Positions 49,708 through 62,905 are shown, counted from the whole stretch's first letter. The stretch is DNA of 63,951 bases, filler included, from Lama guanicoe (GCA_013239625.1; 76 parts of 73 records of this genome joined end to end with filler, not necessarily neighbours in it); one strand, 5' to 3'. A program made the numbers and translations. The notes: generated from the letters alone by a model not told the origin.

Positions 49708-50487
49708 CAGGTGTTCCCTGTTAGGGGGAATTCTGAGAAATAACTTCCCTGAACTTTGGGAGATAGCCTCTGTCACTGCGATTGACTGCAAACACCTCTA
49801 GCATTCCCTGGTACAGAGACATTAGGAAAAAACCCAGGGAAGTCGAACTTAGGCATTCCGTTAGAACCCTCCCACTGCTGAACGTTGGTGGAACCTCCCA
49901 ACGCTCAGTATTCTGGAAACATTGTCAGTGCGTGTGGAGCTCGAGAGACAACTCCACGCAGCTCTCTTCAGTCACAGGCGTTCCCTGAACGGGGAGTCCG
50001 AGAAATAAATTCCCTGACCTTGGGGAGGCAGCCTCTGTCACTGGGATTGCCTGCAAACACCCCTAGCATTCCCTGGCGCAGAGACATTAGGAAAAAACCC
50101 AGGGGAGACGAGCTTAGGNNNNNNNNNNNNNNNNNNNNNNNNNNNNNNNNNNNNNNNNNNNNNNNNNNNNNNNNNNNNNNNNNNNNNNNNNNNNNNNNNN
50201 NNNNNNNNNNNNNNNNNNNNNNNNNNNNNNNNNNNNNNNNNNNNNNNNNNNNNNNNNNNNNNNNNNNNNNNNNNNNNNNNNNNNNNNNNNNNNNNNNNNN
50301 NNNNNNNNNNNNNNNNNNNNNNNNTCCCTGGCAGAGATATTAGGACAAAACCCAGGGGAGTCGAGCTTAGTCATTCCGTTAGAACACACGCGCTGACGAA
50401 GTTTGGTGGGACCTCCCCACGCTCAGGATTCCGGAAAAATTTTCAGTGCGTGTGGAGCACGGGAGACAACTCCACGCAGCTCTCTTC
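49708..50487 (+). repeat. Satellite C (267-bp)
   Basis: Same unit as 29806-31234. Confidence 0.93.
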
Positions 50488-50587
50488 NNNNNNNNNNNNN
50501 NNNNNNNNNNNNNNNNNNNNNNNNNNNNNNNTTAATTAATTAANNNNNNNNNNNNNNNNNNNNNNNNNNNNNNNNNNNNNNNNNNNN

Positions 50588-51583
50588 TTCTGGGTTCTAT
50601 ATTCACTATTATATATTCTATATGTGTGTTCTTCATTCTATATTTTACCTACTATATTCTGCATTTCCAAATCTATATTCTTTATACTGTGTTCTACATA
50701 CAATATTCCTAATTCCATATTCAGTGTTCTTTATTGTATATTCTATACTCTGTGTTCAACATTCTATATTGTATATTTTATATTAAGTATTCTGTATCAT
50801 ATATTCTAAATTCTGTGTTCTGCTTTCCGTGTTCTAATTTCTGGGTCTATATTCTCTATTCTATATTCTANNNNNNNNNNNNNNNNNNNNNNNNNNNNNN
50901 NNNNNNNNNNNNNNNNNNNNNNNNNNNNNNNNNNNNNNNCTTTATTCTATATTCTAAATTCTGTGTTCTACATTGTATATTCGAAATTTTATATTCAGTA
51001 TTCTGTTTTCTATATTCTACATTCTGTGTTCTGCATTCCATGTTCTCAATTCTGGGTTTTGTATTCTGTTTTCCATATTCTATATTCTGTGTTCTACATT
51101 CTATATTCTGTATTCTATATTCTGCATTCCGTATTCTATATTCAATATTTGTGTTATACATTGTATATTCTTAATTCTATATTCAGTATTCTGTATTCTA
51201 TATTCTAAATTCTGTGTTCTACATTGTATATTCATATTCTATATACAGTTTTCGGGATTCTATGTTTTAAATTCTGTGTCCTTCATTCCATGTTCTTATT
51301 TCTGGGTTCTATATTTCTATTCTATATTCTATACTTTGGGTTCATCATTCTATATTCTGCATTCCGTAGTCTATATTCTATATTCTGTGTTCATCATTCT
51401 ATATTCTAAATTCTATATACAGTATTCTGTATTCAATATCCTAAATTCTGAGTTCTGCATTCCATATTCTAAATTCTGTGTTCTATATTCTGTATTTTAT
51501 ATTTTGTGCTCACTAATCTATATTCTATATACTCTATTCTGCATTCCGTAGTCTATATTCTATATTCTGTGTCCTACATTCTA
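50588..51583 (-). repeat. Satellite A (7-bp periodic)
   Basis: Heptamer run. Confidence 0.95.
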
Positions 51584-52282
51584 NNNNNNNNNNNNNNNNN
51601 NNNNNNNNNNNNNNNNNNNNNNNNNNNTTAATTAATTAANNNNNNNNNNNNNNNNNNNNNNNNNNNNNNNNNNNNNNNNNNNNGACACTGATCATCATTT
51701 GTAGAAGTTTTTGTTTGGGGTTGAAAATAAATAATTTTTTTTGGATCTTTAGGCATCTATATTTGGAGTGCAATAGACTGCTGTTTTCCATGTTGAATGT
51801 CCAAAGCATTACCAACTGAGGAGACCTTCATGAATTCCCCAAATTGGAGCCTACTGTCGTAATGACTCATTCTTCTCAGAAATCTTTTTCTGGGAAGCTA
51901 GATAGGGTTGTCCTAACTGAAGTGAGAAATACCAAACGTGCTCAGGAAGAGTCTTACTAGAAAATCATGGTCTATTTATAGAAACATTTTGCTCATTCTC
52001 TTTGAAGAACATTATAGCATATCAATGCATCTTACTTCATCAGACGAATTATTAACAGAATTCTTACTTTTAAATGTGACTCTCCTCTGGAAGACGTTGC
52101 TATTTTCAAGTTTCAGGTGGCCAGCGAGTGACCCAGATTCAGTCGGAACCAAGGTTCACAGATGACTTACCCAGAGACCATCNNNNNNNNNNNNNNNNNN
52201 NNNNNNNNNNNNNNNNNNNNNNNNNNTTAATTAATTAANNNNNNNNNNNNNNNNNNNNNNNNNNNNNNNNNNNNNNNNNNNN

Positions 52283-52788
52283 GACTTGGTACAAAATGGA
52301 TATACAGAAATCAAAAAGGATGTTACACATACGCAAATAGCAACCAATTAGAGGATACAGACTCCCTCTTATATTAACCAAAAAAGTAAAATAACTAGAA
52401 ATCACCAAAGACATGTTCAGTGTCTTTGAAATGCTGCTGAGGGGACACAAGATGTGAATACTTGGAAAGATATACTCTTGTATAAAAAGATATCTCACAA
52501 ATTAAAAAAAAGTAAAGATATGTCAGTTCTCTCTAAACTATAGATGGTAAAAGAACCTTTTCCTTGAAGATAAGGAACAAGAGGAAGCCTGCTTTAAAAA
52601 CATCCACATTGGAAAAGAAGTAAAATTATCTCTGTTTGCAGATGATTTGACCTTACATGTAGAATAGAAACCTTTGAAGATAAGGAACAAGAGGAAGCCT
52701 GCTTTAAAAACATCCACATTGGAAAAGAAGTAAAATTATCTCTGTTTGCAGATGATTTGACCTTACATGTAGAAAACCCTAAACTAAA
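52283..52788 (+). mobile_element. Old LINE-1 ORF2 reverse-transcriptase fragments, rearranged, with a tandem duplication
   Basis: GAAGTAAAATTATCTCTGTTTGCAGATGATTTG encodes EVKLSLFADDL (RT catalytic motif) and is present twice. Confidence 0.85.
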
Positions 52789-53612
52789 NNNNNNNNNNNN
52801 NNNNNNNNNNNNNNNNNNNNNNNNNNNNNNNNTTAATTAATTAANNNNNNNNNNNNNNNNNNNNNNNNNNNNNNNNNNNNNNNNNNNNTATTAGTTTGCA
52901 CTGGTTGTTCAAAACACTCAAGCTTTTTTTTGAATTCGTGTTCTCACAGAGACTACTAAATATTGAGAAAAATGTGTAGAAATCTTGAAAGTTTATTACA
53001 CACTTGAAAAATACTTTTGCCTAACAATAGACCTCCCTGATTATCCATTATAGTGATGGCTTATTAGTTAGATCTGTAAGACTGCAAGAGGAATTGATGC
53101 CCTTTTTCATAGGATCTGATAGACCCACACACCCCAAGACCTGTGTATAAACATGAGAATTGATTTCATCTTATAAGGGAACTTTAACAATTATATCACA
53201 GGGTTTTAAAGAGCATTCCCTGAAATACTTGTATTTTAAAATACGCAAATATTTTGATGAAAGTCAGAAAATATGTTGGGAAAATAATGAAATAATTTTT
53301 AGAAGATAAGATTCATTAGATTATGCTAAAACTTACAAAAGCATCGGTGTTCTTGGACACTGTTCTGGGAGCCCATGATCTCAAATGACGTACATCTGTC
53401 CACAAGTCTTTTTAGGAAACAATTTGTCATCACCGCAGCAATATCATCCATTTATACTGACCAGCGTCAAATTCTCAGAAGAGATAATGGGTAGGTCTGG
53501 GTTGAGAGATTGNNNNNNNNNNNNNNNNNNNNNNNNNNNNNNNNNNNNNNNNNNNNTTAATTAATTAANNNNNNNNNNNNNNNNNNNNNNNNNNNNNNNN
53601 NNNNNNNNNNNN

Positions 53613-54613
53613 GGACAGATAAGTGTCTGTGAAAGCCGTCCTTAACCTAGCTTGAAGGGAAAACAAAGTTTCCCTTCAGTTGCAATATCCACCACATACA
53701 TATATATGGGGAGGTGCAAGCTCCAACTCGGTATTACAGTGAAATCCGCAGGAACTTCAAACCGGCACTAGGAAACAGACAGACAAACCAGAGTAAGTGC
53801 TTCCCCTGCAACCCGTTCCCTTTGTGCCTGATGAACGAACGTCTCTCCACATGCTCACTTCGGACAGATAAGTGTCTGTGAAAGCCGTCCTTCACCTATC
53901 TTGAAGGGAACACACAGTTTCTTTTCAGTTGCAAACTCCACTCCATACACTTATACGGGGAGGTACAAGCCCCAACACGGTTTTACAGTGAAAACCGTAG
54001 GAACATCAAACTGGCAGTAGGAAACAGACTGAGAAACCAGAGTAAGTGTTTCTCCTGCAACCCGTTCCCTTTGTGCTGGATGAAAGAACGTCTCTCCACA
54101 TCCTCAGTTCTGAGAGATAAGTGTGTGTGAAAGCCGTCCTTCANNNNNNNNNNNNNNNNNNNNNNNNNNNNNNNNNNNNNNNNNNNNNNNNNNNNNNNNN
54201 NNNNNNNNNNNNNNNNNNNNNNNNNNNNNNNNNNNNNNNNNNNNNNNNNNNNNNNNNNNNNNNNNNNNNNNNNNNNNNNNNNNNNNNNNNNNNNNNNNNN
54301 NNNNNNNNNNNNNNNNNNNNNTTCCCTTTGTATGAACGAACGTCTCTCCACATGCTCAGTTCTGAGAGTTAAGTGTGTATGAAAGCCGTCCTTCACCTAG
54401 CCTGAAGGGAACACAAAGTTTCTTTTAAGTTGCAAACTCCACTCCATACATATATATGGGGAGGTACAAGCTCCAAGTCGGTTTTACAGTGAAAACCGCA
54501 GGAAATTCAAACCGGTACTAGGAAACAGACTGAGAAACCAGAGGAATGGTTTCTCCTGCTTACACTTCCCTCTGTGCTGGATGAACGAACGTCTCTCCAC
54601 ATGCTCAGTTCTG
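53613..54613 (+). repeat. Satellite B (249-bp)
   Basis: Anchor A(T/C)GGGGAGGT at 53706 and 53955 (249 spacing), and again at 54456. Confidence 0.96.
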
Positions 54614-56385
54614 NNNNNNNNNNNNNNNNNNNNNNNNNNNNNNNNNNNNNNNNNNNNTTAATTAATTAANNNNNNNNNNNNNNNNNNNNNNNNNNNNNNN
54701 NNNNNNNNNNNNNTAGAAGATCATTCACAGGCTGGGAGGTGACCAGTGGGAGAGGGGCTTCGTGGTTGCTTGGGGACGTCAGGGGTAGTGTGGATGTCGG
54801 ATTTCCTTATGGGGAGGGCTTGTTAAAAAGGGGTCTCTCTCGCGGCACCTTGTGGCTGGAAGAAAACAGATGGAGGCCGCCAGCTGGACTTTCCTCTTCT
54901 CTCCTTCCCTGCCTTGTGTGATGATCCTAGCTCAGCCAACATATGGAACAGAAGAGCTAAGTTCCAGGGTAGCCCAGGACTTTGTTGAGCTCGTTCGACT
55001 GAGATCTGATAGGATATANNNNNNNNNNNNNNNNNNNNNNNNNNNNNNNNNNNNNNNNNNNNNNNNNNNNNNNNNNNNNNNNNNNNNNNNNNNNNNNNNN
55101 NNNNNNNNNNNNNNNNNNNNNNNNNNNNNNNNNNNNNNNNNNNNNNNNNNNNNNNNNNNNNNNNNNNNNNNNNNNNNNNNNNNNNNNNNNNNNNNNNNNN
55201 NNNNNNNNNNNNNNNNNNNNNNNNNNNNNNNNNNNNNNTGAGTTGATGTGGAGGTAGAGCCTTTGCATTACTTAATAGCACATCCTTGTCAGTATTTAAA
55301 GAGCTGTTAGTGAGCGCCCCAGACCGCACTTTTCAAAGCATCAATAAAGCTTGCTCTGAAATAGTGAAGTCATATAGGTCTTGTTTGCAGATATCAAACA
55401 GATGGTTTATAATCTGTAGCATAGTTCCCTTTATAAAATAATAATAGGTTCAAAATTAAGAGAGTGGAAGATAATTGATTTTTTTTAAAACTGAAACATA
55501 AACTTTATTCTGCTAATGTTGCAACTGNNNNNNNNNNNNNNNNNNNNNNNNNNNNNNNNNNNNNNNNNNNNTTAATTAATTAANNNNNNNNNNNNNNNNN
55601 NNNNNNNNNNNNNNNNNNNNNNNNNNNTCCCACCTGTGACAACCATGCAGGGCCAGCAGTGCTCTAAGGAATGCAGGACAAACCAGGAGCGGAGACACAT
55701 GTGAAACAGGCAGACCAGGGAGCTGTTGAGCGCCTTTCCAAGGCTGGATGACTTCAACCTAAAACCCACCTCTCTGATTGTGGCAGCCAGCTCTCCTCCC
55801 TGGGGCCTGAAGGTTTCAACATCAGAGTTCTGCAGCCACACAGCCAGCCCAGCTTGGGGGTGAACTTCTTCAGATGCTAGAGTTATTAGGCTGAGAATGG
55901 AACCAGGAAGGAGGCTGACTCCTGGATTTCTGGCTTGCCCTGGGGTGCTTTTGACCCTCCATCCCCAGAGGCAGCCTTCCAGGCCACAAGAGAGGTACCC
56001 ACAGCTTCCAGCCATCTCTAGTCTGGCAGGAGCTGCCCCAGGCTCTTGGCTTTACCCTTCCTCCCACAGGGCTTAGCTGGGTGCTGAGTTTGTGGAAAAT
56101 GTGCTTCCTGAAGCTGGGGCTTCCCCGTGGAGCTTGACAGCAACGGGCATCCCCGGCCTCAGCCTGAGGGGTGACTGTGAGGGGGCGGCCACGTGTCTCA
56201 GGAACTCATGGCAGCTGCTCCCTCCTCAGGTGGGCAGTGAGGGGGCAGCTGTGTGGCCCCTTCCACTCCTTCAAGCATCACTCAGNNNNNNNNNNNNNNN
56301 NNNNNNNNNNNNNNNNNNNNNNNNNNNNNTTAATTAATTAANNNNNNNNNNNNNNNNNNNNNNNNNNNNNNNNNNNNNNNNNNNN

Positions 56386-57213
56386 TATTCTATATTTTGC
56401 ATTCCGTATTCTACATTCTATATTCTGTGTCTTAAATTATATAATCTAAATTCTATATTCTGTATTCTGTTCTATATATTCTGAATTCTGTGTTCTGCAT
56501 TCCATGTTCTATAATCCATATTCGGTATTCTTTATTCTATATACCAAATAATGAATTCTGCTTTCCATGTTCTAAATTCGGGGTTCTATATTTTCTATCC
56601 TATATTCTATATTCTGTGTTCATCTTTATATATTCTATATTCTATATTCTATATTCTGCATTCCGAAGTCTATATTCTATATTCTGCGTTCTACATTCTA
56701 TATTCTGTATTCAATATTCTGCATTTTGTATCTAACATTCCATATTCTTTGTTCTACATTCTATATTAAGTATTCTGTATTCTAGATTCTAAATTCGGTG
56801 TTCTACATTCCAAGTTCTTAATTCTGTGTTCTATATTTTCTATTCTATATTCTATACTTTGGGTTCATCATTCTATATTCTATATACTATATTCTGCATT
56901 CCGTAATCTATATTCTATACTCTGTGTTCTACATTCAATATTCTAAATTCTTTATTCAGTATTCTGTATTCTATATTCTAAGGTCTGTGTTCTGCATTCC
57001 ATGTTCTAAATTCTGGTTTCTATATTCTCTATTCTATATTCTATTTACAGTGTTCAATTCTGTGTTTTCTATATTCAAAATTCCATATTCAGTATTCTGT
57101 TCTCTATATTCTAAATTCTGTGTTCAACATTCTATATTCTAAATTCTCTATTCAGAATTCTGTTTTCTATATTCTATATTCTGTGTTCTACATTGTATAT
57201 TCTGTATTCTATA
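56386..57213 (-). repeat. Satellite A (7-bp periodic)
   Basis: Heptamer run. Confidence 0.95.
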
Positions 57214-57313
57214 NNNNNNNNNNNNNNNNNNNNNNNNNNNNNNNNNNNNNNNNNNNNTTAATTAATTAANNNNNNNNNNNNNNNNNNNNNNNNNNNNNNN
57301 NNNNNNNNNNNNN

Positions 57314-58048
57314 AACATTCCGTCCTAAGCAGAAGAGATATTGCAGAGGGACGCGTGAATGAATTTGAACACAGGGGAACACAAATCCCTCGGTCAGAAG
57401 CACACATAGGAAAGCAAGTGCAAACCAATGGAAACATTGCTGTTGAATCCTGGTTGAAGACAAGGCATGAAAGAATAAAATTCGAAAGAGTCCCAGATGG
57501 AAAAGCAAGAGATATACAAACAAACAATGTTTGAAAAGTTCTGTGTAGAAAAATCAGACTGAAACATGCTGAAAGCCAAGATAGAATCTTCTAGGCGTAT
57601 TCAGGGAGTACACAGCGTCCAAAAGAGGTGGAATCCCAATAGATTTAGCAGCAGCTGTATGATCCAAATCAACAAAGTTCATGAGCATCCCAGTGATTTA
57701 AAATGCGCCTGGAGGAAAGCAACATAGTCACAAGAGAACCTCCNNNNNNNNNNNNNNNNNNNNNNNNNNNNNNNNNNNNNNNNNGGAGTGCCAGGACATA
57801 GACCATAGCTTGAATGGCAAAATGCTGCCATCTAGGGTAGCCTATGCCACATGACCACCATTTCTAATAACAGCAGAGCTAGAGAATGCCACAGACCTTC
57901 AAATCTAAAAAGAATTCAGCAGTTCGAAACTTATCCTAAAAGAAAGGTTGAGAATTCTCCCCTGAAATGATAAGCAGCAAGATGAAATGGAAACACGATA
58001 ACCCTCATTGGAAATGCAAGAAGAGCATGAGTGGAAAAGAAGAAACAA
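57314..58048 (+). repeat. Repeat F copy 3: amplified decayed L1 ORF1-derived sequence
   Basis: Translates, with stops and frameshifts, to DIAEGRVNEFEHR...ERVPDGKARD, RIQGVHSVQKRWNPNR and ECQDIDHSLNGKMLPSRVAY...KEFSSSKLILKERL. This is colinear with the L1 ORF1p coiled-coil end, RRM and CTD. Confidence 0.75.
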
Positions 58049-58148
58049 NNNNNNNNNNNNNNNNNNNNNNNNNNNNNNNNNNNNNNNNNNNNTTAATTAA
58101 TTAANNNNNNNNNNNNNNNNNNNNNNNNNNNNNNNNNNNNNNNNNNNN

Positions 58149-58617
58149 AAGGCCCCCTGGATCCCTCAGACCCGATGCACAATATCTTTGATTCAGCAAC
58201 ACACATGCTCCATTGGCAAAATGCCAAATTGGTCTCTGGTCCTGCAGATGCACTGGGTGTGGCCATGGGACATATCGATAATTTCAACTGCGTGCGCTAG
58301 GATGGTTGCTTGCTCATTGTGGTCACAGGTCGGTTTGCTCTCTTGATAGGACACGCCACATCCCACAACGCACTCCAGATCCCTGAGACTCAGCGTGTGC
58401 CATCATCCGTAGCCCTATCCCTCCCTGAACGCTGCCTCTGCTACCTCAAATTTGGCAGCTCGGAGCTTGGTCTCAGAATCAACTGTGGGGATATTTTGCA
58501 CTGGATTCTTTGAGTTCTGTCAGCCAAGCATCTGCTGTGCACNNNNNNNNNNNNNNNNNNNNTCCAATTCTCCCGTCCGCTTGAGAGTGTGCGTCCAAGT
58601 TAAAGAGAGTTTCACCT
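58149..58617 (+). repeat. Repeat G copy 2 (unclassified)
   Basis: About 58188-58381 matches 35898-36091. Confidence 0.75.
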
Positions 58618-59467
58618 NNNNNNNNNNNNNNNNNNNNNNNNNNNNNNNNNNNNNNNNNNNNTTAATTAATTAANNNNNNNNNNNNNNNNNNNNNNNNNNN
58701 NNNNNNNNNNNNNNNNNGAGGGGCTGTGCCAGAGGGGAGGGTTGTAACCAAAGTGTCCTTCTCTCCTTTACTGTCCAATGGTAATTTTTCTTGCCTCTTT
58801 TCTTTTTGTGTTTAGATCTATATACAGTAAAAAATAGAGTGAAATGTATCGATGTTAATTTTTAGATTTTACAGATCTTTCATTTTCCTAATCCTCAACA
58901 GAAGATACACCCTCTGTCATATTTTAGTTGAAGTACACACGCTCTCAGGACATAATCCATTAGTTTGATGGTGGCTGAACTTGACAAAAATGGAAAAAAT
59001 CACAATGTATACTTTGATGTCTTTATCATTTGCTCTAAGTAATGTTTTTAGAGCTAAATGTTTGTATTTGAAGATGCCATTCATTCTGTTTGTAGGGCTG
59101 AATACTGTGACCTTGTAAGATTATATCACAAAATATTTATCCAGTCTCTTAATAATAGACATTTGGTTTACTTCAAGTGTGGGTTATTATGAATAAATTT
59201 TTTGTATATATATGCATGCATCTTTTTTGTAAACATCTGTTCTCATTTACCCTGTGAGACGAGTACCTGGGAGCAGCTCTGCTGGGTAGATACGTGCTAA
59301 GTGCTCCTTCATTTTGAAGGAGATTTCTTGGGGTATATTTTACATGCCATAAATTCACTCATTTAAGNNNNNNNNNNNNNNNNNNNNNNNNNNNNNNNNN
59401 NNNNNNNNNNNTTAATTAATTAANNNNNNNNNNNNNNNNNNNNNNNNNNNNNNNNNNNNNNNNNNNN

Positions 59468-60090
59468 CTGGCCAGCTGGACCGCGGGTTGGAAGCTCCAG
59501 CTCAGAGCCCGGGATCGACCCCAAAGGCTTCTCAGCTCTGTCGCCCGTTAGGCCTTTGGCTTCTGCCCGGGGCCGGGGCCGGGGCCTCCGGCTGTGGAAG
59601 TGCAAGGTATGGGCTCCCGGGAAATGTTCAGGCTGCTGGGGGAGGGCGGTCCGCGTGTCACAGCCCGCGAGGGCGCGAGTCAGCGTATGTTCAGCTGAAT
59701 TGCTCGGGCTAGGCCCCTCTGCCCCGGGGCCTCGGCCACACCTGTCCAGGGCGAGGTGTGAACCTGCCGCCTCTCGCCCCAGCCGGGATCCCCTCAGTCC
59801 GAGGCTGGCGTCCCCTTCCCCTCTCCCGCCTGCAAGAACTCTCCTCCCAGGCTTCCTCTCCTCGGCCGCCGACCGGTCCCCAAACCTGGGCGGGCTGTGT
59901 CCCGCGCGGGCGGGGTGTGCGGACCCGGACGGGGGCGGGCGGCTGGGGCTGGCCTCCGAGCGGGGCTGCCGCACGCGTCCCCCACCCAGCTCTCCCTGTC
60001 CCACGACCCCGGGGCTGCCCTCCTCTCCCTTTCCCGCTCTCTGTGGACCAGCTCAGTGGCGTGGGCGATGCTCCCCGGGCTGAGAGCCTC
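59468..60090. promoter_or_regulatory. CpG-island-like sequence (probable promoter or first intron of an unidentified gene)
   Basis: Very GC-rich with many intact CpGs and GGGCGG boxes, and no match to the L1 5' UTR pieces in this window. A consensus donor CAG|GTAAGT lies at 60185/60186. Confidence 0.7.
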
Positions 60091-61249
60091 AGGTTGTAAA
60101 TACCAGCTTCTCCTGGTGGAGTCGGGAAAAGGTAGTGGCAGTGCTGAGGGAGCTTCTGTCTCCTTGCTTAGTATTTCGGACCCAGGTAAGTACCTTGAAC
60201 ACTTTCAGGTGTTATGATNNNNNNNNNNNNNNNNNNNNNNNNNNNNNNNNNNNNNNNNNNNNTTAATTAATTAANNNNNNNNNNNNNNNNNNNNNNNNNN
60301 NNNNNNNNNNNNNNNNNNTGCATAGTAAACGTGAAATCTGAGGTTTTATAAGTTAGGCTTATTGTAGCCTTGTATTTTGGTTTAAACTATTATTTAAATC
60401 TTCCTACTTTGGTTGTAGCTGCAGTTCTATCATAATACAAATTTTAAACGAGGCTGTCCCCAGATTTTAGTGAAAATAAAAAGAAAAGTAGGGATTAAAA
60501 ATGCCTCCCTGGTATCTTCATTGGCTGAAGATTTCAACAAGAAGCACTATAAAGCAGTGGGTAATTTGGATAATCATATTTCTGGTTTTGTGGCTTACAC
60601 TAGTGGAGAAAGTGCATTTTTACCTTCTGCAAATTTAAACATGCCTCTAATAATAAAGCCCTCTACTAGCCACAGAAATGGTGATACAAGTAACCCGATG
60701 AGAGGTGATTTTTCTCCTCCATAATCAATGTCAGTTAGACCACCAGAACAAATTGCATTGGATCAATGTGCTATTTTAAATCAGATGACCACTGTCCACG
60801 GGCACTCTCAAAGCAGCTACACACGTGTTTTGACTTCATTACAATTACAAATTCTAATTCTCAGTACAGCATCTTGTCTCCATAAAGAGGAATTATTCTG
60901 GACACATGGTGGATCCTTCTTTTTTCCCAAATATATAACACAACATATCTGCCAATGAAGGTCAATTTTCTAAACTTAAACCAGGGATCAACCCATGGTT
61001 TCCTTGCCAGTGATAGTTGATACATCAGCTAACTCTCTTTCAAGGCCAACTCATTAGACATCTTCAGTTTATGAACGTCATACTAATTACAACTTATCTA
61101 ACCAGAGGACTAACAGATTATGCAGGAAAACAAAGATTAAAATTGATGTNNNNNNNNNNNNNNNNNNNNNNNNNNNNNNNNNNNNNNNNNNNNTTAATTA
61201 ATTAANNNNNNNNNNNNNNNNNNNNNNNNNNNNNNNNNNNNNNNNNNNN

Positions 61250-61740
61250 AAATTGTATATTCAGTATTCTGTATTCTATACCTTAAATCCTCAGTTCTTC
61301 ATTTCTTTTTCTATATTCTGTGTTCTATATTCTGTATTCTATATTCAAAATTCTGTGTTCCTCATTCTATATTCTAAATTCTAATAAATTCTATACTCTG
61401 CATTCGGTATTCTATACTTTAAACTCTGTGTTCTACATTCAATAATCTGAATTCTGTCTTCCGCAATCCATGTTCTAAATTCTGGGTTCAATATTCTCTA
61501 TTCTATATTCTAAATTCTGTGTTCTACATTCTATAATATAAATTGTATATTTTCTATTCTGTATTATATATTCTAAATTCTGTGTTCTGCATTCCAGGTT
61601 CTGAATTCTGGGTTCAATATTTCTTAAGCTATATTCAATATTCTGTGTTCCCCATTCTATATTCTAAATTCTATATTCTGCATTCCTTATACTATATTCT
61701 ACATCCTGTGTTCTTTATTCTATATTCTAATACCTATATT
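61250..61740 (-). repeat. Satellite A (7-bp periodic)
   Basis: Heptamer run. Confidence 0.95.
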
Positions 61741-62395
61741 NNNNNNNNNNNNNNNNNNNNNNNNNNNNNNNNNNNNNNNNNNNNTTAATTAATTAANNNN
61801 NNNNNNNNNNNNNNNNNNNNNNNNNNNNNNNNNNNNNNNNTTTGCATATCACACTATAAAAATATTCATCCTATATGTTTCATTTTAACAGGATGAATGA
61901 GAAGGAAACACTGGCTGAATTTTACACTTGGTTTGCTAGGAGACCAGTCGTTTTGTGATGTCACAGCTACTCAGGTTAAGAACCATTTTGATGGCCTAGC
62001 AGTTAAACTGTTCATGCCTGCCTAAGCAGCATTGGAAGCTGCAGTGCTCAAAATCATGATAACTTGAAAAGTAGCTGTAGAAAAAGTTATTTGAGATGGC
62101 ACATATATATTTCTTCAGAAATTCAAGATTTGTCTCCTTCAGATGGATGAAATGGTTCAGGAAACTCCAGTAGATCTCTATTGTGTGATCAAACATTCTC
62201 TGGGGACTTGGGCTTAAGGTGTATGATTGAAGAAAATGATTTTCAAACTTAGTCTGAAGAATCCTTGATAAAAAAAACATGTTACACACATTGTGNNNNN
62301 NNNNNNNNNNNNNNNNNNNNNNNNNNNNNNNNNNNNNNNTTAATTAATTAANNNNNNNNNNNNNNNNNNNNNNNNNNNNNNNNNNNNNNNNNNNN

Positions 62396-62905
62396 TTGTG
62401 CAGCCCTCACCACCATCTATTTACAGAACACTTCATCACCCCAAAACAATCGCCCTGTCATTAGCAGTCACTCCCTAACACCCCTCCACCAAGCCTCTTC
62501 CAACCATCACCTACTCTCTGCCTCTGCATGTGCCTATTTTGGGCATTTCAGATCACTGAAATCAACAATATGTGGCCCTTTGTGTCTGATTCCTTTCACT
62601 TAACATGCTGTTACCAAGGTTTGTCCATTTTGAAGTGGTATCAGAATCAGCATCTCTTTCTTTTTTTTTTTTTTTGAAAACGTTAAAGATTATTAGAAGG
62701 TGGTAAGCACTATCAAAAAGAGTAGAGTGGAGCATAAGTGATTGGGTTTCAAAGGGAAAAGTGTGGGTTGAACAGTCAGGGTGGACTTCCAAAATCAGGT
62801 GGCCTTTTTCATTTTCCTCTTTTTTTTTCTTTTTTATTCACTCTTACGTGTGAATAATGTTCCACTTCATGGAGATACTACATTCTGTTCATCCATTCAG
62901 CAGCT
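62396..62905 (-). mobile_element. Old LINE-1 3' UTR (L1MB-like), interrupted at about 62660-62810
   Basis: CACCACCATCTATTTACAGAACACTTCATCACCCCAAAA...ATATGTGGCCCTTTGTGTCTGATTCCTTTCACTTAACATG, resuming at TGAATAATGTTCCACTTCATGG. Confidence 0.75.

Noticed and set aside
50624..51551. Hydrophobic YSVFYILNSKF-repeat ORFs resembling membrane proteins
   Set aside because: These are translations of the stop-poor strand of the 7-bp satellite. The same peptide appears in shifting frames.
53805..53845. CENP-B box candidate in the 249-bp satellite (CCCG...CGAA)
   Set aside because: The spacing between CCCG and CGAA is about 20 nt rather than the 7 nt required by the nTTCGnnnnAnnCGGGn consensus.
59420..60217. 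Overlapping Pro/Arg/Gly/Ala-rich ORFs on both strands (also 622-1058 and 46898-47603)
   Set aside because: This is the expected stop depletion in GC-rich DNA, with no recognisable domain.
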